Assembly (NCBI GenBank): GCA_965197905.1
Contig: CBDAOB010000003.1
Coordinates: forward strand, 896,001 to 960,000
Length of the DNA stretch: 64,000 nucleotides
Source of the DNA: Candidatus Latescibacterota bacterium
Lineage (GTDB): Bacteria; Latescibacterota; UBA2968; UBA8231
Direction: 5' to 3'
This document shows, in pieces, positions 10,941 through 21,826 of this stretch (position 1 is the first letter of the stretch; every line of letters begins with the position of its first letter). The notes under the pieces were generated by a model, which did not search any database, had not been told where the DNA came from, and saw only the letters and a list, made by a program, of their open reading frames with translations. The translations under genes were made by a program, and so were the position numbers.

Positions 10941-12398
10941 TTGAAGCATCTCTTCATAGACGATCACGATATCCAGCAGATTGACAACCTGGCGCGCACG
11001 CTGCACCAACTCGAGCACTTCCCAAACAATGTGGTGCTGCGTCCCGAGTATCGCTGGGAGAATGCGGGCATACAGCTCGGCACTGCACCAATCTGGGACC
11101 GGTCCGATGCGAAGTTCAAGACGATCTACGTGGCCGACGGCGCCCCGGAGGACAGCGATGAATCCGGGCGCCGCAGCTATTCCTGTTACGCGGAATCCGC
11201 CGACGGCATCAACTGGGAAAAACCGTTTCTGGGTCTCTGCGACTATCCAGAACCGACGTGGACCGGTAAGCCCATCGGCCGGGAGAACAACATCCTTCCG
11301 AGCCTCTCCGGCGTTTTGCGCGGTCCCCTCTACGACTCTGTGGACGAGAATGACCAGCGGCGTTACAAAGGTTTTTTTCACGGCAGCAAGGGACTGCACC
11401 GTGTCGTCTCCCCGGACTGTCTGCATTGGGAGGAGATGGAAGGCGACCCGCTGCCCAGTCATGATGTCGCTCAGCTGACGCTGCAGGAGGATCCACATCT
11501 ATTTATTGCCATGGCCAAACAGCACGGACCGTACGGCCGCTCCTACTGCCTCACCACCAGTGAGGACTTCGTCAACTGGAGCGACCAGGAGCTGGTGTTT
11601 CACGCCGACCAGACCGACCAGGAGAACGGCTTCAAGCGCCTGCGTCGATTCTACGACGATCCGAGATACAAGACACCTATCTACAATCGCCCCGAAGAAT
11701 GGCGCACCGACATCTACAACTTTCCCGTCATTCCGTACGAAGGCCTTTACCTGGCGCTGCCGGTCATGCATCACTGGGCCGGTAAGAAACCACCGCTTTA
11801 CGAGAATGTGGAAAGCCGCAAGTCTTTAGAGCTGGCCGTGAGTCGCGATCTGCGTCACTGGGAGCGGGTGGCAAGCCGGAAGCCGTTTCTGGAGCTGTCG
11901 CCGGTTGGAGAGGGCAGCGCCTACGATCTGGCGCAGCTGGTCTCCACCGAGGGTTTTGTGCTCCGCAACGAGGAGCTATGGTTCTACTTGACTGGGCTCA
12001 AGCACAGAGCCTTGTCTATGGCTGACTCCAAGGGCGGGAAGTTGTTTGACAGCTCCGCGGTTTATATGACCAAGCTGCGGGTCGACGGGTTTGTTGGGTT
12101 GAAGGGAGGTGTCGAGTCGGGATCGGTGGTTACGAGGCCTCTGGATGTAACGGCGCCGATCCTCAGTGTAAACGTCGACTCGTGGGGGGGGGAGCTGCAG
12201 GTAGAGGTGTTGGATCCGGAAGAGAACAGAGCTTTACCCGGCTTTGGAGCCGAAGATTGTATACCAATCACCGTGGACCGCATCGACGAGAGGATTTGCT
12301 GGAAAAAGAAGCGGGACATGGGCGATCTTATGGGACGCACGGTGCGGCTGCGATTCTCACTCTTGCAAGCCGAGCTCTACAGTTTCTGGTTTCGCTGA
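10941..12398 (+). CDS. Five-bladed beta-propeller glycoside-hydrolase-like protein
   Basis: HLFIDD start, SADGINWEKP, SEDFVNWS, SRDLRHW, LRVDGFV; tandem with the upstream paralogue. Confidence 0.75.
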   Translation: MKHLFIDDHDIQQIDNLARTLHQLEHFPNNVVLRPEYRWENAGIQLGTAPIWDRSDAKFKTIYVADGAPEDSDESGRRSYSCYAESADGINWEKPFLGLCDYPEPTWTGKPIGRENNILPSLSGVLRGPLYDSVDENDQRRYKGFFHGSKGLHRVVSPDCLHWEEMEGDPLPSHDVAQLTLQEDPHLFIAMAKQHGPYGRSYCLTTSEDFVNWSDQELVFHADQTDQENGFKRLRRFYDDPRYKTPIYNRPEEWRTDIYNFPVIPYEGLYLALPVMHHWAGKKPPLYENVESRKSLELAVSRDLRHWERVASRKPFLELSPVGEGSAYDLAQLVSTEGFVLRNEELWFYLTGLKHRALSMADSKGGKLFDSSAVYMTKLRVDGFVGLKGGVESGSVVTRPLDVTAPILSVNVDSWGGELQVEVLDPEENRALPGFGAEDCIPITVDRIDERICWKKKRDMGDLMGRTVRLRFSLLQAELYSFWFR

Positions 12399-12507
12399 GC
12401 ATGGCGAACCGCCCGCCAAGAAAAGTCGACGAGGACACAATTTTTTCGTTGTCGCCATTTTCGTATGCTGACCTACAAATGGAATATCTCACAAGAAGGA
12501 AAGGGCT

Positions 12508-13535
12508 ATGCTCGAAACAACCGTAGTTGGCAGTTATCCGCAGCCGGACTGGCTGATCGACCGCGATCGCCTGCAGAAACGGCCGCCGCCGCGAGCTGTG
12601 GCTAAGGAGTTGTGGCGGATTCCGGAGGAGTATCTAACCGAAGCTCAAGACGACGCGACACGTCTGGCCATCAACTACATGGAAACCGCGGGTATCGATA
12701 CGATCACTGACGGCGAGGTTCGCCGAGAGAGCTACTCCAATCGATTTGCGAACGGTCTTTCTGGCATCGACATCGATAACCAGGTGTCTTCATCGAACGA
12801 AACGGTCGGGAGAATTCGGCGCCCCGCATCGTTGGTCCGATCCGTCACAAGGGGGATGTGGAGGTGAGCGACGTTCAGTTCCTACGCGCCAACTCCGACC
12901 GGAAGATCAAGATCACCATACCGGGTCCCTTCACCATGACCCAGCAAACCCAGGACGACCACTACGGCGACGAGCAGGCGATGGCCCTGGACTTTGCCGC
13001 GGCTGTCAACGTTGAGATCAAACATCTCTTCGCCGCCGGCGTCGATGTGGTCCAGCTGGATGAACCATACCTCCAGGCGAAACCAGAAAATGCCCAGGAG
13101 TACGGCGTCGAGATGATTAATAAAGCGTTGGAAGGGGTGACGGGAACCACCGCTTTGCACATGTGTTTCGGCTACGGATTTTTCATCAAGGACAAACCGG
13201 CCGGTTATTCCTTCCTGGAGGAGCTCAACGACACCACCGTGAATCAGCTGTCGATCGAAGCCGCGCAACCGGGGTTAGACGTATCCATTCTCAAGGCGAT
13301 TCCGGAGAAGATCATTATTCTGGGGGTCATCGACAACTCCAGCCTAGATGTGGAAACACCCGAACTCGTGGCAGACCGGATCCGCACGGCCCTTGAATAC
13401 GTTCCTCCAGAGCGATTGATGCCTGCGCCAGATTGCGGCATGAAATATCTGCCGCGGGATGCCGCGATGGCGAAACTAAAAGCCCTGGTTGCAGGCACCG
13501 AGATCCTGCGAACCGAGATGGCAGGGTCGATATAG
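12508..13535 (+). CDS. Cobalamin-independent methionine synthase II (MetE catalytic-domain-only) family; frameshift near 12780
   Basis: TTVVGSYPQP, ITDGEVRR, VQLDEP and Zn ligands HMC...E...PDCG. One extra C at ~12780 gives continuous DNPGVFIERNGRENSAPRIVGPI. Confidence 0.85.
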
Positions 13536-13614
13536 AGTCATGCTGCGGGTCGGCGGCTCAGTCACACCTACTGGTTCGAGGAAAGAAACGAACTCCGTAT
13601 AGAACCAGTGACCG

Positions 13615-14853
13615 ATGCCGAATCAATCGGGTTTACCGCCGCTGCGACGAGTTGCGGGACGAAACTACGCCTATTCCACACTCGCCGGTGTCACGTCCGG
13701 TACGTGGCAGCCAATAATTGTGTTGCACCTGGCGGACCGCAACCTTCCGCTGGTCGCGTTCGGCGTGCTCACCGCTTCGGTGGGCATCGCACATTTGATT
13801 TCAGAAGTCCCCACTGGCGTGATCGCCGACCGCATCAGCCGGAAGTGGAGCCTCACCCTCGCCTCGCTGCTACATGCCGTCGCGATGTTAATGCTCGCAT
13901 GGGCTCCAAACGTCCCCATGCTTGTGCTCGTCGGCGGCCTTTATGGTTTGGGGGCGTCGTTCCTTTCCGGTGCCGGAGAGGCTCTTCTCTACGACAAGCT
14001 CAAGGATCATGGGTTGGAAAAGCGCGCCCATGAGGCACTCTCGTCGGACGCGTCGTTCAGCCTGGCTGGAACGCTGATCGGCATCATGGTTACCAGCCTG
14101 ATGATCCAGATCACGGAACTGTGGGTGCCACTGGTCGTCGGTGCCTCCGCGGCGATGGCCGCTGCTGGCGTCGCGGCATCGCTTGTCGAGCCGGTCGTGC
14201 TCCAGCAAACACGTACCGCTCAATCGGAAGGTAGCAGCTTCATTGCGAGTGTTCGCCATGTAGGCGTCAGTCTCCGAGCGATATCCCACGCTCCTGCACT
14301 GAGTATCGTCGCGGTGTCGGTGTTCATTCAGCGTATCTTTCAGTTCGTTCCCAACTTCTTCGCCCAACTTCACCTGAGAGCGCTGGGTCTGTCCGCCTCA
14401 GGGATCAGTAGCCTGTACATCCTGTTCAGGTTAGGAGCCCTCGCCGGCGCCAGGAGTTCGGGGCGGATTACCAGCCGCTTCGGTGAGAACGAACGTTGGC
14501 CAATTACTCTGGTGGTGACCCTTGCCATACTCTCACTCGCACTCTTGAACGCGGTGCCTATCGTTACCGCGGCGGTGCTTGCGTTAGTGGGAATCAATTT
14601 CATGGCAGGTGTCCATGGACCGCTCGTGTCGGCGAGCCTCAATCGACGCCTTGCGAGTGAGACTCGGGCCAGCGCGCTGTCCTTTGTGGGCATGACTCAC
14701 AGTTTAAGCCAAATCGTTGTCACGCCGGTGTTTTCGGGCATTGCCGACGCGACATCTCTCGACGCCAGCATGAGCCTGTTCGGTTGGATATTCTCCGCTG
14801 GTTGTCTCGTCGCACTTGGATTCGTTTGGATGACTCTGTCAAACGGACGGTAG
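13615..14853 (+). CDS. MFS transporter
   Basis: About 12 hydrophobic segments; motif A EVPTGVIADRISRK; SGAGEALLYD. Confidence 0.85.
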   Translation: MPNQSGLPPLRRVAGRNYAYSTLAGVTSGTWQPIIVLHLADRNLPLVAFGVLTASVGIAHLISEVPTGVIADRISRKWSLTLASLLHAVAMLMLAWAPNVPMLVLVGGLYGLGASFLSGAGEALLYDKLKDHGLEKRAHEALSSDASFSLAGTLIGIMVTSLMIQITELWVPLVVGASAAMAAAGVAASLVEPVVLQQTRTAQSEGSSFIASVRHVGVSLRAISHAPALSIVAVSVFIQRIFQFVPNFFAQLHLRALGLSASGISSLYILFRLGALAGARSSGRITSRFGENERWPITLVVTLAILSLALLNAVPIVTAAVLALVGINFMAGVHGPLVSASLNRRLASETRASALSFVGMTHSLSQIVVTPVFSGIADATSLDASMSLFGWIFSAGCLVALGFVWMTLSNGR

Positions 14854-15032
14854 GAGCCACCAATCGGAACTGCAGGGTGCCACGGTAGAGCGGCAGCAAC
14901 GAAGACGCGAGGCGGCGTTGACCTCAGGCGGACATTCATGACCACTACCCAAACTCGCCAGCGCTTTCAGACCGCGCTCGACACCCTCCTAACAGGTGCG
15001 GGACGACCGGCACGCCGAGCTCGAGATAGGCT

Positions 15033-16418
15033 TCAATCTTCGGCGAAGCCGAAGAGCCACTTCTGCTCCGAAGCGACGGACAACACCAGGGACCAGCCGG
15101 TCTCAAGTGGCCCCCAGAGATCCTCGTCCTCGATGTAGAGCCCGTACCGCTGGGTGCCGTCATCGTCCGTGACAATCTCGCTCCCCTGGGCGAAGCGGAA
15201 GCGGGTGCCCCTCAAATCCTTCGCTTCGTCACACGCCCCCTTGTCTCGGTAGACGGTCAGTTTGCCCAGCTCGAACTCCCAGGCAAACAAACAGCTAACA
15301 CAGGGCTCCACCGGCACGGCTCCCGTAATCTCGTAGGAGAGCTCGCAGGTTGCACCGGTGCCGACGTTCCGCTCGAAGCGGATGCGGCCGTTACCGGTAT
15401 CCGTGTCGATAGTGCCCGTCCATGAACTGCGGTCGCCGCAGCCCCAGCATTCGCACCCGGAGCAGGGAGGAACCCCTTCTGACCGGACGAAGAATCCGAC
15501 TGAATCCACCGAAGCGGAAGCGAAGAGGCCGATCCCGTTCTCGATGTTGAACAGGGGCCGCTGAAATCCCTGGCCGGCTTCTCCTGCGCCCCGGTCCGCA
15601 TCGACGTTATCGGTGCGGACAAGGTCGAACCAATTCTGGTCGACGGCGAAGAGTTTGACCTTGTGCCGTCCAGCGAAGAAGATGCCCTGCCACGGCAGGT
15701 AAAGGGCCGCTTCGTCCAGTCTCAGGAGTGGTGAGGTCTCCAGGCGCTCGAGGTCTTCCACATCCTCGTCGCTGATCAGGTCACTGTCGAACAACAGCGG
15801 ACTGGTGTTCTCCAGGTTCTGCACCCCGAACTGGTAGGAGGCGGCATCGCCGGCGAGCTGCAGCCGGACTTCCAGGGCGCCGACCGTATACTCAAGCTGG
15901 TTCTCGGGGGCCTGGTAGACACCGTCGCCAATGTCGTCGAACAATCTCAGGCGCCGTAGTTCCTTCTCCAGGTCATCGTCCAGCAATACAAACTCGGAGA
16001 TGCGCATGCGTGGTGGGGTCTGGGTTGTCGCACGAATCTCTGGGTGTCCTGTCGAGATGACAGACAACTCGTAGGTGGAGGCGGGGGCCACGGGCGGCGC
16101 TCCATCTGGAGGCAGGTAGCGTCCCGGTGTCGACTGATCGGGTAGATAGTCGAAAACTGCGTCCGCGGTCTGAATCGAGACCTCCGCTCCGCTAAACGCC
16201 GTTGCGGCCGCCAAGTAGGCCAAGCCAGGCGCCACCGTGATCCGCAGATCCACGTGGGGCAAGGGGGCGTCGACGATGAGGATGGCGTCGACCACCACAG
16301 TGTTGTCCTCGCTGGGGCCGAACAGGTCTTCTGGATCCCTGTCCGCCTTGAGGGGCCCGGGCGCGTCGCAAGCCAGCAGAGTTACAAGAGAGAGGAACAA
16401 AAAGAGTAATGCACCCAT
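15033..16418 (-). CDS. DUF4249-like lipoprotein associated with the TonB-dependent receptor; Cys-rich C-terminal extension
   Basis: Lipobox LLAC; NIENGIGLFAS motif typical of DUF4249; directly downstream of the receptor gene. Confidence 0.7.
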   Translation of the reverse strand: MGALLFLFLSLVTLLACDAPGPLKADRDPEDLFGPSEDNTVVVDAILIVDAPLPHVDLRITVAPGLAYLAAATAFSGAEVSIQTADAVFDYLPDQSTPGRYLPPDGAPPVAPASTYELSVISTGHPEIRATTQTPPRMRISEFVLLDDDLEKELRRLRLFDDIGDGVYQAPENQLEYTVGALEVRLQLAGDAASYQFGVQNLENTSPLLFDSDLISDEDVEDLERLETSPLLRLDEAALYLPWQGIFFAGRHKVKLFAVDQNWFDLVRTDNVDADRGAGEAGQGFQRPLFNIENGIGLFASASVDSVGFFVRSEGVPPCSGCECWGCGDRSSWTGTIDTDTGNGRIRFERNVGTGATCELSYEITGAVPVEPCVSCLFAWEFELGKLTVYRDKGACDEAKDLRGTRFRFAQGSEIVTDDDGTQRYGLYIEDEDLWGPLETGWSLVLSVASEQKWLFGFAED

Positions 16419-16421
16419 CGC

Positions 16422-19016
16422 TCAGAACCTGAAGTCGATGCCGAAGGTGGGAAGGACCGGGAACATCCTGACCACGTTTGGTTTCTTGCTGGAATCCTCG
16501 GTGTCGTATTCGACAAACCATTCGTTGCGTCGGTTGTAGATGTTGAAGACCTGCACGTAGAGCTCGGCGTTGACCCCGTCGCCAAACATCGTGAGCGTAC
16601 GCCGCGCACCAACGTCCAGACGGTGATAGGGCAGCAAGCGGGCCGTGTTACGCCGCGCTGCGAGCAGCCGGTCTACGGGCTGGTCGGAAGCCGGGTTGCG
16701 CAGTGTATAGCGGGCACCGGCGGGGGTAAAGGCCTGGCCGGTTCCGTAGACAAAATTGGCAGTCAGAATCCACCCACCGCAGGTGGGACAGAGGGGGGCG
16801 AAACGATAGGTGGCAGTCAGCGAAAGATCGTGGCGCCGATCGTACTTCGGTGGGAAGGACTGGCCTGCATCGATCTCCGGGAAGGTTCGCCGCGTCCTGC
16901 CAAGAGTGTAGCCCAACCAGCCGGTTAGGCGGCCGCTGCGTTTCTCAGCGAACAGCTCCAGGCCGGCGGCGTACCCCTTGCCTCCGGTCTTGAACACGTC
17001 TTCGGAGGTCTCCTGCTCCCTGTTCTCCTCCCGCTCCTCGTCGATGACGACCAGATTCGCCAGATCGGTGTAGTAGGTCTCGGCGCTGAGCCGGTAGGCG
17101 TTGGAAGGTTCCCATTCCACGCCCGCCACCGCCTGCCGGGAACGTCCGGGTTCCACAGTCTCGTCCAGCGGGACCCAGCTGTCGGCGCCGCTGAAACCCT
17201 CTGTCGACACCAGCTGCAGGTACTGCCGGTATTGCCCCGCGGCGAGCTTGAGGCGCAGACCCTCCTGCAGCAAATGGCTGACAGACAGACGTGGATTCAC
17301 CGACAGGTGATCCCCCTCTTCGTAGTAGGTACCCCGAACGCCGAAGCGAGCTTCTGTTAGCTGAGTGAGCTGCCAATCGTCCTGGAGGTAGGCCGAGAGG
17401 AGGAACGGTTCGATGGACAGATTGTCTCTGTACTGATCGAACCGGAAGCCGTAGTCGAAGCGGAAGAAGGTGAGATCGAGCCCCGTTCGCAGCGTGTGAT
17501 CGGTCGCGGCGTAGTAGTCCAGGTCCCCCTTCAGGGTTATATCACGCACGCGGTTGCGGATGGCGATGGGTGTATCGAAGATGTCCAGGGTGATGTCGCT
17601 CTGGTATTTGGAGAACATCGCGATAGCGCGTCCGAAAACCGCTGGGGAGAAGACGTGGGTCCAGCGACCGGTCAAGGCCCGGTTGCCCCAGCGCATATCG
17701 AAGGCGAGACTGTCGGCTCCTTCGCTCACACCGACGTTGAGATCGTCGTCGCCCCCGTAGACACTGATCATGAGGTTGTCATCTGGTGTGACCTGGGTGT
17801 TCACCTTGCCGTTGATATCGTAGAAGTAATAACCAAGGCCATCCAGGTTGTCCGAAGCGCCACGAATCGCGCGCAGAACCGGATCGATGTAAGTGCGCCG
17901 GCCGGCCACCATCCAGGAACCCCGACCCAGAGGTCCTTCGACCATGAGGCGGCTGGAGATGAGGCTGACGCCGCCGCTGGTGTTGAAGTCGCGGCGATTC
18001 CCATCGCGATTCTGTACGTCGAGGACCGCGCCCAGGTTGCCGCCGTACTGGGCGGGATAGGCGCCCTTGTAGAAGGTGACGTCCTTGATGGCGTCCGGAT
18101 TGAAGGTGGAGAAGAATCCGAAGGCATGGGAGGGGTTGTAGAGCCGCACTTGGTCGAGCCGGATCCCGGTCTGGTCGGGGCCACCCCCGCGCACGTAAAG
18201 CCCGCTGCTGAAGTCCGACGCCGTCTGCACCCCCGGCAGCAGCTGCAGGCTGCGCAGCAGGTCGGGTTCCGCCATGGCCGGCATGCGCTGCAGCGTCTGC
18301 ATTTTCAGGGCGACGACGCTCGGCTGCTGGCGCAGCTCGTTTTTGACCGGGTTAGCCTCCGCTTCCACCACAACCTCACCCAGGATCAAGGTCTCCCGCT
18401 CCAGCTCGATGTCTAGGCGCAGGTCCTCTCCGGGGGTCAACTCCAAGGTGTCGCGGAACGTGGTGTAACCCACATAGGACACCGCAACTGCAGAAATCCC
18501 TGCGGGGACGCCCTTGATAGCGTAGTAACCTTCGGTGTTGCTGAGAGCGCCCATATTTCGCTCCCCGAACCTCACCGCCACGGTGGCGTTTGGAAGGCTT
18601 TCGCCGTCCCTGCGATCGCGCACGAAACCACTGACGGTGCCGACTCGACGCTGTTTGCCCGACCGTTTCGAGGGAACAATGGCCAACTGACCCTTTTCGG
18701 TAATGTGCAGCTCCGTTCCGGTCTTATTCATCACGTAGAGCAAGGCTTCCAGGGCTCGTACGTCTTTCATTCTGATCGTAATCTTCTCGTTGACCGGAAT
18801 GCGGTCGCGATTGTAACTCAAAGTGAAATCACCCTTGTCGGCGATATCGACGAGGGCCTTCTCCAGGGGGACATCGGTGAGATCGATGGATATGACTGTG
18901 AGAACGGCTTGCGGAAGGTTGCGTCCGCTGAGCTCGATGAAGGAGGCGGGACGAGCGGTTGAGGGAGCGATCAAAGCGGCAATGGCGGCCACCAGGACGA
19001 GCCAGGATCTTGTCAT
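16422..19016 (-). CDS. TonB-dependent receptor with N-terminal STN-like signalling and carboxypeptidase-regulatory-like domains
   Basis: Signal peptide; VPLEKALVDI...FTLSYN (STN-like); VSGFVRD...GESLPNATV; plug LQLLPGV...YVRGG...NPSH; C-terminal Phe. Confidence 0.9.
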   Translation of the reverse strand: MTRSWLVLVAAIAALIAPSTARPASFIELSGRNLPQAVLTVISIDLTDVPLEKALVDIADKGDFTLSYNRDRIPVNEKITIRMKDVRALEALLYVMNKTGTELHITEKGQLAIVPSKRSGKQRRVGTVSGFVRDRRDGESLPNATVAVRFGERNMGALSNTEGYYAIKGVPAGISAVAVSYVGYTTFRDTLELTPGEDLRLDIELERETLILGEVVVEAEANPVKNELRQQPSVVALKMQTLQRMPAMAEPDLLRSLQLLPGVQTASDFSSGLYVRGGGPDQTGIRLDQVRLYNPSHAFGFFSTFNPDAIKDVTFYKGAYPAQYGGNLGAVLDVQNRDGNRRDFNTSGGVSLISSRLMVEGPLGRGSWMVAGRRTYIDPVLRAIRGASDNLDGLGYYFYDINGKVNTQVTPDDNLMISVYGGDDDLNVGVSEGADSLAFDMRWGNRALTGRWTHVFSPAVFGRAIAMFSKYQSDITLDIFDTPIAIRNRVRDITLKGDLDYYAATDHTLRTGLDLTFFRFDYGFRFDQYRDNLSIEPFLLSAYLQDDWQLTQLTEARFGVRGTYYEEGDHLSVNPRLSVSHLLQEGLRLKLAAGQYRQYLQLVSTEGFSGADSWVPLDETVEPGRSRQAVAGVEWEPSNAYRLSAETYYTDLANLVVIDEEREENREQETSEDVFKTGGKGYAAGLELFAEKRSGRLTGWLGYTLGRTRRTFPEIDAGQSFPPKYDRRHDLSLTATYRFAPLCPTCGGWILTANFVYGTGQAFTPAGARYTLRNPASDQPVDRLLAARRNTARLLPYHRLDVGARRTLTMFGDGVNAELYVQVFNIYNRRNEWFVEYDTEDSSKKPNVVRMFPVLPTFGIDFRF

Positions 19017-19065
19017 CTTAACGGAGCCCGTTCATGGCTCTCGCATCAAGATCATCGTCGTTCTT

Positions 19066-20085
19066 TCAGTCTTTCGATGTCAACCGGACCACATCGCCAG
19101 TTCGCTGATATTCCAGATCCGTCAATGCCGAGCTCAGCTCCAGAACACCCTCCAGGGACTCAGCGTCGATATGCAACGTAAGCTGCTCCGCAGCAATAGC
19201 GGTATCCTCAGTAATAAATCGCACATCGTACCAGCGTTCTAGTTGATGCAGGATCTCACTCAAGGGAACGCTGTCAAAGAACGCTTCCCGATGCAGCCAG
19301 CCCAGATGTTTCGCTATCTCCACAGCACGCGGTTTTGCTGGCAAACCGTCCTTCGGACACACGCTCATCTCTCCCTTCCCGATCCCCACATCCTGCCTTC
19401 TGTCCCCATCAGCACCGAATGAGACTTTTCCTTCCGCAACCGCGACGGTGACCCTCTGTTCCCCCTGCCACGCTCTCACATTGAACCGAGTTCCCAGAAC
19501 CCGGATTCTCGCGTCATCGGCGCGTACGACAAACGGCTGGTTCGTACGGGACGCCACCTCGAAATACCCCTCGCCGGAAAGCCGCACCGCGCGCTCTTCT
19601 CCTTCGAACGTTGCGGGATACTCTAGAACGCTTCCGGAATCCAATCGAATCCGGGTGCCGTCGCTGAGAGCGAGTTGGCGATGAGCACCGCTCTCCACCA
19701 CCATCTCTTCCCATTCGATCCGTTTCTCGAACGGGAAAACTCCTGCTTCCCGCGCCCCGTAAAACGCCACCGAGGTGGCGATGAGCAAGACAGCGGCTGC
19801 CGCATACCGACGGACAGGATGAAACCAATCGACGAAACGGCCGGCACGGCGGGTTTTTACGGCCGGCACGGTTATTCCCGTCTTCTCGGCGATGTCGTGC
19901 CACATTCCGTTCAGATCAGAGGTGACAGGCTGTGGTTCCGACGTATTCCACACGGTGCTCATGATCGCCATAAGCCGCCGATTTTCCGGGTCGGCAGCGA
20001 TCAGCTCTTCCACTGCTGCCTTTTCTTCCATCGAGCATTCACCCGATAGATAACGTGCGAACAACGCGTCGGATGTCTCGCTCAT
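19066..20085 (-). CDS. fecR: FecR-family anti-sigma factor
   Basis: LSDGTRIRLDSGS, RAVRLSGEGYFEV, VLGTRFNV, LERWYDV; ATG at 20085 after GGAGGAG. Confidence 0.9.
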   Translation of the reverse strand: MSETSDALFARYLSGECSMEEKAAVEELIAADPENRRLMAIMSTVWNTSEPQPVTSDLNGMWHDIAEKTGITVPAVKTRRAGRFVDWFHPVRRYAAAAVLLIATSVAFYGAREAGVFPFEKRIEWEEMVVESGAHRQLALSDGTRIRLDSGSVLEYPATFEGEERAVRLSGEGYFEVASRTNQPFVVRADDARIRVLGTRFNVRAWQGEQRVTVAVAEGKVSFGADGDRRQDVGIGKGEMSVCPKDGLPAKPRAVEIAKHLGWLHREAFFDSVPLSEILHQLERWYDVRFITEDTAIAAEQLTLHIDAESLEGVLELSSALTDLEYQRTGDVVRLTSKD

Positions 20086-20185
20086 GTCTCCTCCATAGTC
20101 CCAGCCTGCCAACCTGTCAGAAACTCACCGAAAGCTTTGCGCCCAGACTTCCGTTCTCTGGATTGAGAGTGGGACTCATGCTCAT

Positions 20186-20791
20186 CTAACCGGCAGACTT
20201 TCCGTATTTGAATCTCACCGCGTCCCGCTTTCGCTCAATCGTCTTGATGCCGTCAATCCAGTCGTGAAGGATCTGACCTACCAGCAAACCTGCTCCGAGA
20301 ACGACGAATGGCCCGCCCCCACCCCCATCGGTTTTTCGCTCCAGTTTCCTCAGCTTGTAGGTCAAAACACCGCCCTCGTCCTCGATCGGTATCTTCTCGT
20401 AACGTCTGACCCTGCCGCGCACTCCGGTCACATCGACGATCTCGAAGTTGGTTTTCTCCCATCTGTTCTCCTTCTTGTCCCTCATGGATGCGCCAAGGAC
20501 AACGGATACTCCCCCCAATACGGCGGCGCCCACATGCATCCAGCCTTCTCTCTTCTCACCGGCATAGAAGTGCAACGTCCCGGGGAGTGGGACCGACATC
20601 AAAATCAAGCCGACACCCAACCGGCGGTTGGCGTCTCTGTACTCCTCCAGGGTCATTTCAGCCGGTACCGGCCATATGGGAACCTCATTAAGCATCTCGT
20701 TGCCACCATGACTCTGTGCCGTTGAATCTTCGACTACGACGATCGATGATGAGAAGAGCAGGACTGCGAAAACTCCGATGATCTCTTTCAC
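20186..20791 (-). CDS. Hypothetical membrane/exported protein
   Basis: GTG at 20791 after GGAGGT; signal-peptide-like N-terminus, PLPGTLHFYAG motif and two hydrophobic segments. Confidence 0.6.
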   Translation of the reverse strand: MKEIIGVFAVLLFSSSIVVVEDSTAQSHGGNEMLNEVPIWPVPAEMTLEEYRDANRRLGVGLILMSVPLPGTLHFYAGEKREGWMHVGAAVLGGVSVVLGASMRDKKENRWEKTNFEIVDVTGVRGRVRRYEKIPIEDEGGVLTYKLRKLERKTDGGGGGPFVVLGAGLLVGQILHDWIDGIKTIERKRDAVRFKYGKSAG

Positions 20792-20963
20792 GATAACCTC
20801 CAGGATGGGCTGAAAAACTACGATCTTGGACCGGAATACTCGATAAAACACACCACTGATACCCCTGAGTCAGAAGTTACCCTGACATCGATCACAAAAA
20901 AACTCCACCAATGAATGTGCCTGCGACGACGTGGAGGCGCGAGTCTCAGAAAATGGGAGGCGC

Positions 20964-21515
20964 TCAGAGCAGGTGGGCGAGTCGTTCCCGCAAGAATCTC
21001 AGGGCATGCCCCATCTGTGTTTCCACAGTCTTGATGGAAACGCCCTGAATCTCGGCGATCTCGGTGTAGGTCAAATGATCGAAGCGGTTCATGGAAAAAC
21101 AGATCCGAGTTTTTTCAGGGAGTGCCTCGACGGCCTGGTGAATTGCAGTGGAAATCTCCGTACCCTGCAACTCATCCTCCGGCGTCTTTGGTCCGGGAAA
21201 CTTCGGAGTTTTGTCTTCCAGGCTCCGGCGCACCACGTCTCCATGCCTCAGGTGCTTCAGCGCCCGGTTCTTGGCGGCGGTGTACAGGTAGCTCTTCACG
21301 CTGAGGGTTGGATCGAGCTGGGTCCTGTTCCCCCACACGGAGAGAAACAGATCCTGGACGAGATTCTCCGCAGTTTGAATATCGCGTACATAGCGGCCGA
21401 CGAACTGAATCAGGGGTTGACAATATGAGCGGAAAAGTTGCTCAAACGCCTTCCCGTCGCCGACGCGAATATTCCGGACCCATTCGGCTTCAATATGCTT
21501 TGACACGTTGGGCAC
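20964..21515 (-). CDS. ECF RNA polymerase sigma-70 factor (FecI/Bacteroides-type)
   Basis: GDGKAFEQLF, AENLVQDLFLSVW, SYLYTAAKN, LTYTEIAEIQGVSIKTVETQM. Confidence 0.92.
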   Translation of the reverse strand: MPNVSKHIEAEWVRNIRVGDGKAFEQLFRSYCQPLIQFVGRYVRDIQTAENLVQDLFLSVWGNRTQLDPTLSVKSYLYTAAKNRALKHLRHGDVVRRSLEDKTPKFPGPKTPEDELQGTEISTAIHQAVEALPEKTRICFSMNRFDHLTYTEIAEIQGVSIKTVETQMGHALRFLRERLAHLL

Positions 21516-21660
21516 ACTGACCTAGCTCCAATAACACGCTATATCAACTCCTCAAGGAAAATAGACTGTCCACTTGGCGATACAACAGGTTCCAGCCCGA
21601 TGTGCCACAATGGCGGCGCCAACTACGGGAGGTCCACTGAAAACGCCGACCAGTTTTTAC

Positions 21661-21689
21661 TTGCAATGGTTCACCTCTCCTGCTACTAT
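21661..21689 (+). promoter_or_regulatory. Sigma70-type promoter for the ankyrin gene
   Basis: TTGCAA (21661-66), 17-nt spacer, TGc-TACTAT extended -10 (21681-89). Confidence 0.7.
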
Positions 21690-21695
21690 CCCCGT

Positions 21696-21826
21696 CAGAG
21701 CGCGCCAGGGCGCTTCCGGTCCGCGGGCAGGGCAGAGCCCACCTGATACATTTTCGTTGAACCACATTCGACGAACTCTTCTTACCCGTTACGCGGACAT
21801 CGGGTGCTGCCTTCGAGGAGGTCGTC
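21696..21826 (+). promoter_or_regulatory. Candidate structured 5' leader RNA
   Basis: Hairpins AGCGC/GCGCT, GGGC/GCCC, TTCGTTGAA/TTCGACGAA and ACCCG/CGGGT; long-range GTCCGCG(21719-25)/CGCGGAC(21792-98); RBS GAGGAGG at 21815-21. Confidence 0.45.

Noticed and set aside
14938..15138. 66-aa ORF MTTTQTRQRFQTALDTLL...
   Set aside because: May be a gene remnant, but it overlaps the end of the convergent lipoprotein gene and has no diagnostic motif.
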